The notes below the pieces were generated by a model, which searched no databases, had not been told where the DNA came from, and worked only from the letters and a program-made list of their open reading frames with translations. Positions 34,064 to 44,408 of a stretch of 64,000 nucleotides of DNA are shown one piece after another (positions within the stretch are counted from its first letter, which is position 1; each line of letters begins with the position of its first letter). Position numbers and translations under genes: made by a program. Source of the stretch: Chloroflexota bacterium (GTDB taxonomy: Bacteria > Chloroflexota > UBA11872 > VXOZ01); contig OZ244922.1 in assembly GCA_965221905.1 (NCBI GenBank), positions 2,912,001 through 2,976,000 of the forward strand, written 5' to 3'.

Positions 34064-34891
34064 TTATGCTTCGGGCTGTGCCGAAGCGGAATAAGGCTGA
34101 ATGAGGCGCGCGGTGCTGAGGGTATCCAGCACTGCATTACCGCAATACTCTACCGTCCTCGGATCGATCTTGCTGCAGATGCTCCCGTCAAAGTACATGC
34201 GGTCGACGAGGTCCGTGCTGTTGTAGCGAATACGCACAGTAACCGGCGCAGGCACAGCATATGGCGTAAGTTCCCGTGCCCGCTCCACGGCGCGGCGCGC
34301 TTTGGACTTGAGCAGTTCACGTGCCCGCTGGGGCGAGAGCAAACGCGCCGCGTGGCGTCCCAGCGCCTGCTTCACTTGCGCCGTCTCGATGTCGCCCAGC
34401 AAGTGCCGGGCCTCCCCACACGCCTTGTCGTCACCGGTGACCAGACCGACCGGCACCCCATGCGCACCGGCAATCGCAGCATCGATCATGATTTCTCCTG
34501 CCGGCGCGCCATTGATCCAAATGTCTTGGTACGAGGCTGAACTCATGGTATGGTCGCGCACGGCATTTGCCGTACCCGACATGGCATGGTAACCCACCAG
34601 CATCATGACATCGGAGTCCTCCAAGAAGGGGAACCGCTGCTGGTGGGCGCCGCCTGAGATGTATTCGGCGGCGGGATGCAACTCCTCGTAAATGAAGTTG
34701 AAGCCGGAACTATGGGCATCGATTACGAGCACGTCATCGGCGCCTCCGGCCAGTGCGCCGGCAATCACCGCGTTGGTGTCATTCACCAACATGCGGCGCG
34801 CTTCTTGGTAGAATAGCCGCCCATGCCCAAGTTGCTCCGTGATGACGACACCACTGATCCCTTCCATGTCCACGGCAATGTACGCCTTCAT
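34064..34891 (-). CDS. M55 family D-aminopeptidase (DppA-like)
   Basis: DMEGISG, DAH, GYHAM, HT, GE, VTGDD. Confidence 0.92.
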   Translation of the reverse strand: MKAYIAVDMEGISGVVITEQLGHGRLFYQEARRMLVNDTNAVIAGALAGGADDVLVIDAHSSGFNFIYEELHPAAEYISGGAHQQRFPFLEDSDVMMLVGYHAMSGTANAVRDHTMSSASYQDIWINGAPAGEIMIDAAIAGAHGVPVGLVTGDDKACGEARHLLGDIETAQVKQALGRHAARLLSPQRARELLKSKARRAVERARELTPYAVPAPVTVRIRYNSTDLVDRMYFDGSICSKIDPRTVEYCGNAVLDTLSTARLIQPYSASAQPEA

Positions 34892-35385
34892 ATTCGCGCA
34901 TCCTTCTTGGGGAAGTACTGTTCAATCACATCAAACATGCTGCCGGCAGGGAGGCAAGCGGCGATTTGGAAAACCGTGTCAGAGCGTATCGTGCCGCTGC
35001 CCTCTTGGGCGCGGGGTCGGAGGGGCGATAGACCCAGGATAATTCTCAGATGCCGCAGGTTCCCTCCTACTGCGGCGGGCCCCGCTTGTCGGTCACGAGG
35101 CATAGCGACAATTGGTGCGCAGGATCCCTCCCAAGGCCGGTATAAGATAGGCTATTATAGGCATGCGCATCCTATTCCGTAAACGAACGTGTCGTTTGCT
35201 GACATGCCCTCGAAACTATGGTACTCTCACTTAGTACGCAATTTGCATAAGTCTCTCATATGGGATTCAGCTTAGGTAGAGATCATTCTCCTTAAGTATT
35301 CTCAGCGTACAATCTCGGCACCAACGACTTTCCTGCGGACAATTCTGGCGGTCACGCCCACGATGAAGAGGAGAAAGAACCCACC

Positions 35386-37248
35386 ATGCGAAGATTGATT
35401 CGATTACGTCACGTACCAGGGGCGCTCGCTCTTATGGTGATGCTTTTCGCTATGGCCGTGGCGCCAATCAACGCGCAAGAAGGCACCACTTTTTCGTCGG
35501 CGGTGGTCACGAACAATCACTACGATCCCACGCTCAGGCACAACATACCAAATCTCCAGATTGTGCGGAACGGCGTGACGAATAGCGTGAACTTCCTCGA
35601 CCACTACAACAATACCGGCGGTATAACACGGTGGGGATTTCCAACGTCTGAGGTAATCGAGGAGGAGACCGGCAACCTCGCACAGTATTACCAGCGGGGT
35701 GTCGTGGACTGGCACTGGCGTCCCGATCTTGGGCGTTACGAGATGGAGCGCCGCTTGGCTTGGGACTTCTTTGGCGGCGGAGCCGGCGGCAGCGTCGACC
35801 AGGGCGTCGAGCCCGGCCGCACGAACCCAAATCCGGGCACTACACTGGGACCCTGGGGACACAAGGTTTCCGATTTCTCTATCGAAGGGATTTTCATCGG
35901 GTTCAAAGGCTTCTACGATTCGCTCGGCGGCATTCAGGCGTTCGGCTTCCCCAAGACCGATGCTCGTATTGACACGAATTCACCCGGTACGTTGCATATA
36001 CAGACTGCTACACCCGGGTTTATCCGCCAATACTTTCAGGCAGCAGTGCTTGAATATCACCAGGGAGACCCGGATCCGGTCAAACTGCAATTGCTCGGAG
36101 ACACTCTCCGTGACTTGAACTACCCAAGCAATAGTTGGCAGACCTATGCGGCGTTCAATGCCTCGGTTGCACTAACCCCGGGGCAACTGTACACGATTTC
36201 GCGCGTTATTCGGGGGCATACGGCCAGCGGGCAACCGGTAACGCCCGCGCCGCAGCCCGCGCCACCGACTCCCGCACCGCAGCCGGCAGCCCCCACTCCC
36301 GTGCCGACCGGCCCCGCACCCACGCCAATTCCAGCTCCTGCTTCGACCACCACTAGCGTGTGGTTCGGCGCTTTCGGCGGGGGGGCTATACACTATGACG
36401 GATCTGTCTGGAGAACGTATCGCGGCTTCAGGAGCCCGCTTCCGAACGACCGCGTGAACGACATTTTCATTGCGAAAGACGGTTCAAAGTGGTTTGCCAC
36501 TGAGGATGGTTTTGCGCAATTGCGCGGCACCACGTGGTCCCAGTATGACACCGGTACCACCGGGTTTCCTGGAAACAACGTTACGGCGGTCCATGTTGTC
36601 GGCGATTTGGTTTGGATTGGCACTGCAGAAAACGGCGCCGGTATGTATGAGATTTCAAAGAACAAGTGGACGAGCTTCCACACCGAGAACTCTGATATTC
36701 CCAGCAACTCCATACGAGACGTGCTAATTATCAATGAGGATCTCAAACGTGTTTGGCTCGCAACAGCCGAAGGCGCCGCGCTGTACAACAATGGCCAATG
36801 GCAGATCTTCAAGACGCCTTCGCTTGCTTTTAACAAAGTCTTGAGTCTAGGCATTGACACTCATGGCAATGTTTGGGTAGGTCTGGATGGTGCCGGTCTC
36901 AGTGTGTTCAACGGCACAACGTGGACCGACTACCCAGTAGGTGACTCCGGCCTCACGAATAATACCGTGCGCAGTATCACTGTCGGACCGGATGGGCGCG
37001 TCTGGTTCGGTACGAGGGGCGGCGTAAGTATTTACGATAACGTTAGCAAGAAGTGGACTAACTACAATGAGTTCACTTCCGGCCTAGCACACAATGAGGT
37101 CTTCGACATTGCGATAGACTCGAGCGGCCGCGTTTGGATCGCAACGGCCGACGGCGCCTCTCTCCTGGAAGGCGGTGCTTGGAGAACCTTCCAAACGAAT
37201 CTGTCAGATATCACGTACGACGCTCTGCGCGCCGTAGCAGTGGAATAG
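35386..37248 (+). CDS. Secreted protein: Chloroflexi cell-surface repeats, Pro-rich linker, two-component-regulator-type beta-propeller
   Basis: Signal peptide; GG..RWGFPTSE/QYYQRG and GG..AFGFPK/QYFQ repeats; PAPQPAP linker; repeated LP.N.V..I..D..G.VW.GT..G blades. Confidence 0.78.
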   Translation: MRRLIRLRHVPGALALMVMLFAMAVAPINAQEGTTFSSAVVTNNHYDPTLRHNIPNLQIVRNGVTNSVNFLDHYNNTGGITRWGFPTSEVIEEETGNLAQYYQRGVVDWHWRPDLGRYEMERRLAWDFFGGGAGGSVDQGVEPGRTNPNPGTTLGPWGHKVSDFSIEGIFIGFKGFYDSLGGIQAFGFPKTDARIDTNSPGTLHIQTATPGFIRQYFQAAVLEYHQGDPDPVKLQLLGDTLRDLNYPSNSWQTYAAFNASVALTPGQLYTISRVIRGHTASGQPVTPAPQPAPPTPAPQPAAPTPVPTGPAPTPIPAPASTTTSVWFGAFGGGAIHYDGSVWRTYRGFRSPLPNDRVNDIFIAKDGSKWFATEDGFAQLRGTTWSQYDTGTTGFPGNNVTAVHVVGDLVWIGTAENGAGMYEISKNKWTSFHTENSDIPSNSIRDVLIINEDLKRVWLATAEGAALYNNGQWQIFKTPSLAFNKVLSLGIDTHGNVWVGLDGAGLSVFNGTTWTDYPVGDSGLTNNTVRSITVGPDGRVWFGTRGGVSIYDNVSKKWTNYNEFTSGLAHNEVFDIAIDSSGRVWIATADGASLLEGGAWRTFQTNLSDITYDALRAVAVE

Positions 37249-37290
37249 CCTTGAGCTCAAGAGACACCGTATAGAGTCTCTAGTTAGGCA

Positions 37291-37342
37291 GCAATGAGTG
37301 ACCGCATCAGCGACATTGTGCGCGGGTGCGGTCACTCATTGC
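37291..37342. terminator. Long hairpin, probable terminator or stabiliser
   Basis: GCAATGAGTGACCGCA ... TGCGGTCACTCATTGC, 16-bp perfect stem; no clear U-tract. Confidence 0.55.
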
Positions 37343-37505
37343 CGGGCTAGACCTCACGTTTCATTATCGGAAATTACGGTTAGCTAAACGCCCGAACGGC
37401 CGAGCACGAGTCCAACAGCACCTCATTCGATATTTCATGAATGCAGTGCATCACGCCGCAGCAGCCGGCATTTCACGCAGCGCCAAGCCCAGCGAGCAGT
37501 AGATC

Positions 37506-38174
37506 ATGCGAGACCCAATTCGACATCTTAAAGCGCTGGCATTTGCGGTGACAGTGTTCCTGATCACCTCATTCGCTTTGGCACAAGTCAATCCGCAGCT
37601 TTTTCCTTTTATGCCCTATGTCTGGCCGTACGTAACCGGCGGATCCTTGACGTACGCCGGCACCGACCTCGAAATTGCCCCGGCGCACCCATTTGCCCTC
37701 CAAGACCAACGCGGAGCAACAGTCTCACTTGCAGACCATCAAGGGAACGTGGTGCTTCTCACTTTCCTCGATCCGTCGTGCACTGACGACTGTCTTCTCA
37801 TGGCGCAGGAGATTGCCACCGCGCTAGAGCGCTTAGAGGCAGACGCACATGAAGTAGTTGTGCTGGCCGTAAACGTTAATCCGGACGAGCAAACCCCCGC
37901 AGCCATGCTGGACTTCCTGAAAACCCAGGGACTTGACCAAGACCCAGCCTGGCACTTTCTCGGAGGTGAATGGGAAGCGGTGGCAGAAGTCGTCGCCGCG
38001 TACTACGTGTCGGCGGGCGAGCCGAAACCAGGTAAAACGGGCGAGGTAGCGCATCAAGACGTGGTGTTTCTCATCGATCGGCAAGGCAACCTGCGCGTGC
38101 TCATCACCTACCCGACTCCGGTAGGCGCCTCGTTGCAAGACGTAATCGTGGAGCGCGTGCGGCAGCTACTGTAG
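37506..38174 (+). CDS. SCO/SenC family copper chaperone
   Basis: Thioredoxin fold with CxxxC (CTDDC) and distal His (VAHQD..FLID). Confidence 0.88.
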   Translation: MRDPIRHLKALAFAVTVFLITSFALAQVNPQLFPFMPYVWPYVTGGSLTYAGTDLEIAPAHPFALQDQRGATVSLADHQGNVVLLTFLDPSCTDDCLLMAQEIATALERLEADAHEVVVLAVNVNPDEQTPAAMLDFLKTQGLDQDPAWHFLGGEWEAVAEVVAAYYVSAGEPKPGKTGEVAHQDVVFLIDRQGNLRVLITYPTPVGASLQDVIVERVRQLL

Positions 38175-39146
38175 TTTTTCCACGTGCTCGACAACATACT
38201 GCGGCTGCGGCTCGACCTCCTTGCCGCAGGAACTGGGAAACTGAAGCGCGTCTTCCGGCGCTTCGCGCACGATGACCCGATACGTACCGCCACGCGCAGA
38301 ATCAGGCGACGTGTAAGAAAGCTGCACGGCGACCGCGCCATTCTCGGCGCCGCCGTCGCTGACCTCACACGTCACTGGATACGTTGTCCACTCCCAATCC
38401 TCAGCGAGCAATACCGCATGCTCGGCAGCCTGCTCCAATGGCGAGAGCCTGCCCCAGCCACGATACTGCCGTTCTAGCGCGGAAAACGACCCTTCGCGTC
38501 CGATGATATTGGGCAAGGCATCCGTTGTAACGTAGGCATAGTAGCGGCCCTCTGGGAAGTCGAGCAGTGTCGGCGCCATGCGGTGACCGCCAAGGTGACT
38601 GCACCGCCAGACACGCAGTGATTCCGGGCGGGCGCGGGCGTAGACTTCACGGAGTTCCCGGTAGATTTCAAAGCCGAAGGTGGCGCAGCAGCGGTCCCGG
38701 CTGCCGTGATTGCACACGAGCAACTCGCGTACTTGGTTGCTTGGCTGCCTGTATGACGCAAAAACCTGCATGTCATTCGGGGTATAGAGCAGCGCCTGCA
38801 CAAGCGCCGCCAGTTGCTCCGGTGGTACGAGATACTCCTGCTTCTCGTAAACCGGGGACTGCCGGTCTGCGTACGTGTAGGAGAAGACACGGGTGAGTCC
38901 CGGCTGCGAATGCTCTGCATCGGGCATAATGCCCGTAATCCGCGGCTCAATGCCTTCATCTGCGGCGCGAGCGAGCACTTTCGCCACCTCAGCAGGAAAA
39001 GTAGCGGAGTCCGTTACTTCTCGCTCCCATGGCAACGCGCATTCCAATACCAAATGTGCCAGGTACGTCGGCGCCGAACCGATCGGATGAAATCCTGCCG
39101 CCCGCGCCACACGCGAGCAAAACGGCATGCCTGTAGTACTTTTCAC
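38166..39146 (-). CDS. Sucrase/ferredoxin-like protein
   Basis: LVCNHGSRDRCCATFG and WRCSHLGGHRMAPT motifs. Confidence 0.88.
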   Translation of the reverse strand: MKSTTGMPFCSRVARAAGFHPIGSAPTYLAHLVLECALPWEREVTDSATFPAEVAKVLARAADEGIEPRITGIMPDAEHSQPGLTRVFSYTYADRQSPVYEKQEYLVPPEQLAALVQALLYTPNDMQVFASYRQPSNQVRELLVCNHGSRDRCCATFGFEIYRELREVYARARPESLRVWRCSHLGGHRMAPTLLDFPEGRYYAYVTTDALPNIIGREGSFSALERQYRGWGRLSPLEQAAEHAVLLAEDWEWTTYPVTCEVSDGGAENGAVAVQLSYTSPDSARGGTYRVIVREAPEDALQFPSSCGKEVEPQPQYVVEHVEKLQ

Positions 39147-39415
39147 CGTGGATTCCTTCTGTGCTAGAAGTGTCTCGGACGATTAGCCCTATGAGCGGAA
39201 ACGTATACCCTTGTTCTTTCTGCTCTGACTGCTCTCTTTTTCATTACCAATTTTCATAGTTTAGAATGCCGCCGGTTCTGCTAAAAACATCCCAAATGAG
39301 CGTCATCCTCTTCACGCTGAGATTGTCGCCTCGCAGACACATCCCAGCGGTTCACCATGCTACACTAGCAAGGAATTGGGCGTTGGGCAACGCCGTACAG
39401 GGGAATGCGCCGAGT

Positions 39416-39922
39416 GTGATCACGTTAGACCTTCTGCGCGTCGCACTGCGTTGGGTTCATCTGACCGCGGCGGTGACGTGGATCGGCGGCACGTTCTTCT
39501 ACCTCTTAGTGATACGTCCGTCAGTGGATACAGCGGAAAGAGCCGCTGGCTGGAAGAAGATTAGCCAAGAGGTGGAGGGTCGGTTCCATGAAATCGTACA
39601 GCTTTGTATCTGGACATTCTTCATCTCCGGCGCTATCCTCACGTACGACCGGCTGATGTCTGTGAATCCGGGCCTGGACTACATAGCTGCCCTAGTGATT
39701 AAGGTACTATTGGTACTGTGGATGGTGTACGTTTCCGGTGGACTGCGGCGGTCGGGCTATCGCAAGCCAATTGGTTCTCCGCACCGGAATGCGCCCGCCG
39801 CACCGGGCATTCAGCAGAGGCTGCGATCACCTGTTGTGCAGATTGCTATTGCCGGCAGCGTAGTGTTGTTGCTCGCCGACGTACTGAAGATTATTGCCGA
39901 GAACGCGCTGCGTACGCATTAG
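39416..39922 (+). CDS. CopD-like / urate-oxidase-N-like 4-TM membrane protein
   Basis: LRWVHLTAAVTWIGG motif; GTG start inferred. Confidence 0.65.
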   Translation: MITLDLLRVALRWVHLTAAVTWIGGTFFYLLVIRPSVDTAERAAGWKKISQEVEGRFHEIVQLCIWTFFISGAILTYDRLMSVNPGLDYIAALVIKVLLVLWMVYVSGGLRRSGYRKPIGSPHRNAPAAPGIQQRLRSPVVQIAIAGSVVLLLADVLKIIAENALRTH

Positions 39923-39958
39923 GCATGCGCGGGCATTAGAAACTGGAAGATCGGCCTA

Positions 39959-40423
39959 ATGGCAAACGAAGTCGCGATGAGTCGCCAGGGCGGAAAAAGC
40001 CGTCCCGTGTTCGATATCAAGATCATCGTGGGCGGCATCATCATCCTCTTGGCGGTAGCCTACTTGATCGTGGCTGCCTTGCCCTCGGGTACCGCGTACT
40101 ACATTACGGTGAGCGAGTTGGCGGAGATGGGCCCGCAGGCGCAAACCCAGCATACGCGGGTCTCCGGCAACGTGGTGCCCGGTACAATCGTGCGCAGCGC
40201 TGAAATCCAGGACGTGCGCTTCCAGGTTGAGGATGAAAGCGGAAAGCTCACTGTCGTCTTCAGCGGGGTCTTGTCTGACATCTTTGGCGACAGCGTGCAG
40301 GTTGTCGTCGAAGGCAAGCAGGGCCCGGATGGCGTCTATTACGCTGATAAGGTCTTTGCAAAGTGCCCGTCGCGCTTCGAGGAAGTTGCGCCAACCGACA
40401 GTAACTACGCCCAACCCGGTTAA
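39959..40423 (+). CDS. ccmE: Heme chaperone CcmE (Cys-type)
   Basis: N-terminal TM, YYITVSEL, RVSG.V..G, DIF, VVVEG, AKCPSRF. Confidence 0.9.
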   Translation: MANEVAMSRQGGKSRPVFDIKIIVGGIIILLAVAYLIVAALPSGTAYYITVSELAEMGPQAQTQHTRVSGNVVPGTIVRSAEIQDVRFQVEDESGKLTVVFSGVLSDIFGDSVQVVVEGKQGPDGVYYADKVFAKCPSRFEEVAPTDSNYAQPG

Positions 40424-40677
40424 TGGCAGGATTTGCATGCTCGCTTGCTCGCCGGAGTGCCGGTCAAAAGCAGAAGACGATTTGACCGCTCATCCTCACT
40501 GGTGGGATGGGCGGTATCTTTGTTCCTCGGCGGTCGTGGGGCGGCCAAATCGACGCGCACACAACGTGACTGCGCTGACGAAAGTGTTCGAAGCTGCAAC
40601 TAGGTAGTGGCTGTGCAAGTGCGTTGCCGATGCGCTGAACTCACCGCAGGATTACGAGAGGATTGGGCAAGAGGCTG

Positions 40678-40998
40678 ATGATTATTGCGACAACGGAGCA
40701 AGTCCCGGGCAAGCGAGTGATTGCAGTGAAGGGCCTGGTGCAAGGCAACACAATCCGTTCACGGCACGTGGGACGCGACATCATGGCGGCGTTCCGAAAC
40801 ATTGTCGGCGGCGAGATCGCCGAGTACACGCAGCTCATGACGGAGTCTCGCAGACAGGCTGCTGATCGAATGGTTGCCGAGGCAGAAGGTTTGGGAGCGA
40901 ATGCGGTTATTGGCGTCCGTTTTGTGACATCCATGGTGATGTCAGGCGCTTCGGAGTTATTGGCGTACGGCACGGCGGTTGTCGTCGAAGATGAGTAG
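40678..40998 (+). CDS. YbjQ (UPF0145) family protein
   Basis: RNIVGGEIAEYT, GANAVIGVRF, AYGTAV. Confidence 0.92.
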   Translation: MIIATTEQVPGKRVIAVKGLVQGNTIRSRHVGRDIMAAFRNIVGGEIAEYTQLMTESRRQAADRMVAEAEGLGANAVIGVRFVTSMVMSGASELLAYGTAVVVEDE

Positions 40999-41490
40999 CA
41001 AGACAATTTGTTCGATACGGCAAGTATCAGGGAGTTCTATCAGTCGCGCGATGCACACTTTCCTTGGTCGCGCTGAAGTCGCTTTAGGCAGCACAAATAG
41101 CGGGTTAGCTCGCGCCTCAGCATAGAGATTAGAAAGCGGCTAGGGAATCAACCGGGCGGAGTCACGCGGAGGATCGAAGTTTCTCGGTTGCGAAGGCGTT
41201 GCATGGGGCTAGCGTGTGGTTGCAGACCGGTTGGCTAGGGGCATCACGCATCAAGCAGGCTCCCCAACCGGTCTTTCTGAGGACGGCGGCGGCGAAGAAT
41301 CTCATGAGTGCCAATTATAGAATCCTCGTTTAGCTTGGAAGTGTACGTGTCAGGTAAATCGCTGACAGAATGGGAGCATGAAACGGCAGGAAGTAAGGGC
41401 TACCAGTCTGCTGCCTCACCCAATAGGTAATTCTGTCACGATCAGTGACAGGGCATGCATCAAAGACGAACAGGGTAGGCGGCCGGAAGA

Positions 41491-41586
41491 CCGTCACTCC
41501 GGCCCAAAGCCTGCCCCATTCTTAATGCGGGTCGGGAGCCTAAGGGGTGCAGTGAAGATGGATTCCCGCTTTCGTCGGAATGACGG
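41491..41586. repeat. Inverted pair of GTCATTCC-type palindromic repeats
   Basis: CCGTCACTCCGG ... GGATTCCCGCTTTCGTCGGAATGACGG; same family as 17256 and 45838. Confidence 0.7.
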
Positions 41587-41777
41587 AGTTGACCGTCTTC
41601 AACTTTCCAAGGTATTAACCGGATTGGCGACTCTGTCAACGAATCAGTCGACACTTGCACGAATGACCGGAGCTAAAGCGCAGCAAGAAAGGCAATTCCA
41701 AATTTTCACATTCAGTCTCGCTTTCTCGTGCGGAACTTGGGACAGATGTTTTTCTCGCGCAAAGTAAATACACCTCT

Positions 41778-43793
41778 ATGACCGCAAATATTGGAACAGC
41801 TTTACTCTTCATTGGCCTTTTGGCCGCGCTCTTCGGGGCTGTCGCGTCTGTGCTCGGCGCACGTCTGCGGGTGCCGGAGTTGGTCGTAAGCGCGCGCAAC
41901 GCCGTAGTGGCCGTCGCCGTGCTGGTCGCGCTCTCCTCGCTCACCCTCATCTATGCCTTTGTGTCCCACGACTTCAGCCTGAAGTACGTAGTCGCACAGT
42001 CGACCCGCTCTCAGCCGTGGCCCTACCTCTTCAGCGGTTTCTACGGCGGCCAAGCCGGCTCTTTGCTCTATTGGTCTCTCACACTGGCGTTGCTCTCTTC
42101 GGTGGTAGTGCTCATCCACTTCCGCACGGACCGGCAACTGATTCCCTACGTGATTACGGTCCTCATGACAATCGAGGCGTTCTTTCTTTTAGTGCTCAAT
42201 TTCATCTCGTCACCGTTCGAGACCATTTCGCCGGTGCCGCCTGACGGGCGCGGCCTCAACCCGCTGCTGCAAGACCCGGGCATGCTCGTGCACCCACCCA
42301 TGTTGCTGGCCGGATACATGAGCGTCTCGATCCCCTTCGCCTTTGCCATAGCTGCCTTGATCACAGGCCACGTGGACAGCCGTTGGCTCAAGGCTACACG
42401 CCACTATGCGCTGCTCGCCTGGCTCTTTCTCTCACTCGGCAACCTGTTGGGGGCATGGTGGGCCTATCACGTTCTGGGTTGGGGCGGATACTGGGGCTGG
42501 GACCCCGTGGAAAACGTCGCGATCTTGCCGTGGTTCGCTATGACCGCCTATGTGCATTCGGTATTGGTGCAAGAGCGGCGCGGCATGCTGAAAGTCTGGA
42601 ACATGGTCCTCATCATCGTAGCCTTTAACTTAGCCCTATTCGGGACGTTTGTGGTTCGGAGCGGAATCCTCTCATCCGTCCACTCTTTTGCGGTATCCGA
42701 AATCGGCCCGTACTTCTTCGGCTTCCTGGCGGTCAGCCTGATCGTCTCGCTCACGCTCCTCATGCTGCGTCTGCCCCAACTGCGTGACGAGCATGATTTC
42801 GACTCCCTGTTGTCGCGCGAAGCGACGTTTCTCTTCAACAACCTTCTCCTGGTAGCAGTGATACTCGTCACCTTTCTCGGCGTGATCTTCCCGCTCCTCT
42901 CGGAAGCAATTCAAGGACGGAAGATCAATGTCGGCGCGCCGTTCTACCAGCAAGTCAACGGGCCGCTCTTGCTGGCCGTGGTCGCGCTGATGGGCTTTGG
43001 CATGCTCGTGCCGTGGCGGCGCGGTGCGGCGCGGGCGCTCTTGCGGGGACTGCGCACCACGCTGATTGCTACCGCCTTGGTTACGGCTGCGGCCATCGTA
43101 CTTGGCGCGCGCTCTCCATGGTCGATACTAAGTATCGCTGCTTGTACGTTCGCGTTCGTTGTTGCCCTCCGCGAGTTTCATCGCACGGCCATTGCCCTTA
43201 TGCGTGCCCAACAGACGCTCTATCCAGCCGCATTGCTCGCGGTCTTTCGCTATAATCGCCGCCGCTATGGCGGGTATCTCGTTCACGTAGGAGTGGCAGC
43301 CTTAGGCATTGCCATTATTGGCTCCTCTTTCTTTCAAACTGAACGTTCCGTGAGTATGCGTCCCGGTCAGAGCGTGGAAGTAGGCCGGTACACAGTGGCG
43401 TACCAAGGTCTTACAACGTGGAGCGAACCGGGCAAGCAACGCACGATCGCCTCCCTGCTGGTGCGCAATGCCAACCAATCATTCGAAGTAGCGCCGCAGA
43501 AGGTAGTCTACGCAAATTGGGAAGACCAGCCGGTGAGCGAGGTTGTAATCAAGACGGTCTATCCGCAGTTCGACGACGTCTACATAGTAATGGCGGCCTT
43601 CGGTGAGGACGGCACGGCAAGTTTTCACATTTTCGTGAACCCGCTCGTCGCCTTTCTTTGGCTGGGCGGGGCGCTCCTTGTAGTCGGCGGGCTCATTTCG
43701 TGGTGGCCGACTTCGTCAAAGTCGGCGGAATCAGCCCCAGTGACCGATGACGTTCGCGCCGGACGGCCGGCGCCGGGCACGGTCCCGCCATAG
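41778..43793 (+). CDS. ccmF: Heme lyase CcmF
   Basis: GLNPLLQ, HPP, WWD domain WGGYWGWDPVEN, SVHSF. Confidence 0.97.
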   Translation: MTANIGTALLFIGLLAALFGAVASVLGARLRVPELVVSARNAVVAVAVLVALSSLTLIYAFVSHDFSLKYVVAQSTRSQPWPYLFSGFYGGQAGSLLYWSLTLALLSSVVVLIHFRTDRQLIPYVITVLMTIEAFFLLVLNFISSPFETISPVPPDGRGLNPLLQDPGMLVHPPMLLAGYMSVSIPFAFAIAALITGHVDSRWLKATRHYALLAWLFLSLGNLLGAWWAYHVLGWGGYWGWDPVENVAILPWFAMTAYVHSVLVQERRGMLKVWNMVLIIVAFNLALFGTFVVRSGILSSVHSFAVSEIGPYFFGFLAVSLIVSLTLLMLRLPQLRDEHDFDSLLSREATFLFNNLLLVAVILVTFLGVIFPLLSEAIQGRKINVGAPFYQQVNGPLLLAVVALMGFGMLVPWRRGAARALLRGLRTTLIATALVTAAAIVLGARSPWSILSIAACTFAFVVALREFHRTAIALMRAQQTLYPAALLAVFRYNRRRYGGYLVHVGVAALGIAIIGSSFFQTERSVSMRPGQSVEVGRYTVAYQGLTTWSEPGKQRTIASLLVRNANQSFEVAPQKVVYANWEDQPVSEVVIKTVYPQFDDVYIVMAAFGEDGTASFHIFVNPLVAFLWLGGALLVVGGLISWWPTSSKSAESAPVTDDVRAGRPAPGTVPP

Positions 43794-43805
43794 GGAATCA
43801 CCGGG

Positions 43806-44408
43806 ATGAAGACAATCGCCATGGATGGGAAACGCACGACCATGCTAGGCCCCCGCAGCGGAGACGACACTCCCCGTTCAGAACTCATGCCGGCAAGAAC
43901 ACGCACACACTTCGTGACAATCTCGGTCGCACTGTTGCTCGCTGCGCTGCTGCTCCATTTGGCGCCGGCTATCACCGGAGCGGCAAGTATCGACGAACAG
44001 ACCGTGGCAGTTGCCAAGCAGCTCAAGTGTCCGGTCTGCCAGAATGTGCCGGTTGCATACTCCCAGTCACAATTGGCAGGTGAGATGCGCCTGGTCATTC
44101 GCGAAAAGCTAGCAAACGGCGAGAGCGAAGAAGCGATCATCCAGTACTTCGTAGACCGCTACGGCGAGGATGTGCTGCTTGAACCCCGCCGCGAGGGCTT
44201 CAGTCTCTTGTTGTGGGTTGCGTCCATTGGAGTGGTGGTCTTTGGCGCCGCCGTCGTCGGCATCGTGCTCTGGAACTGGAGTCAAGCCCGACCGGTATCA
44301 ACGACTGCTTCCGCAATGCCGACCGACTCACCAAAAGCGCCGTCCGGCAAGCTGGAGCAACTCTTCGAAGAGGAGTACGCACGGTACAAGCAGGACAAGC
44401 GCACATGA
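43806..44408 (+). CDS. ccmH: Cytochrome c biogenesis protein CcmH
   Basis: LKCPVCQN, YFVDRYGEDVLL.P; start uncertain. Confidence 0.92.
   Translation: MKTIAMDGKRTTMLGPRSGDDTPRSELMPARTRTHFVTISVALLLAALLLHLAPAITGAASIDEQTVAVAKQLKCPVCQNVPVAYSQSQLAGEMRLVIREKLANGESEEAIIQYFVDRYGEDVLLEPRREGFSLLLWVASIGVVVFGAAVVGIVLWNWSQARPVSTTASAMPTDSPKAPSGKLEQLFEEEYARYKQDKRT

Noticed and set aside
36229-36345. Repetitive GC-rich DNA
   Set aside because: Explained by the Pro/Ala/Thr linker of the secreted protein.
41000-41777. ncRNA or gene in the ybjQ-ccmF gap (hairpin AGACCGGTTGG/CCAACCGGTCT; 129-aa ORF 41378-41767)
   Set aside because: No RNA family recognised; the ORF translates repeat sequence (MDSRFRRND) and the gap is largely explained by decayed repeats.
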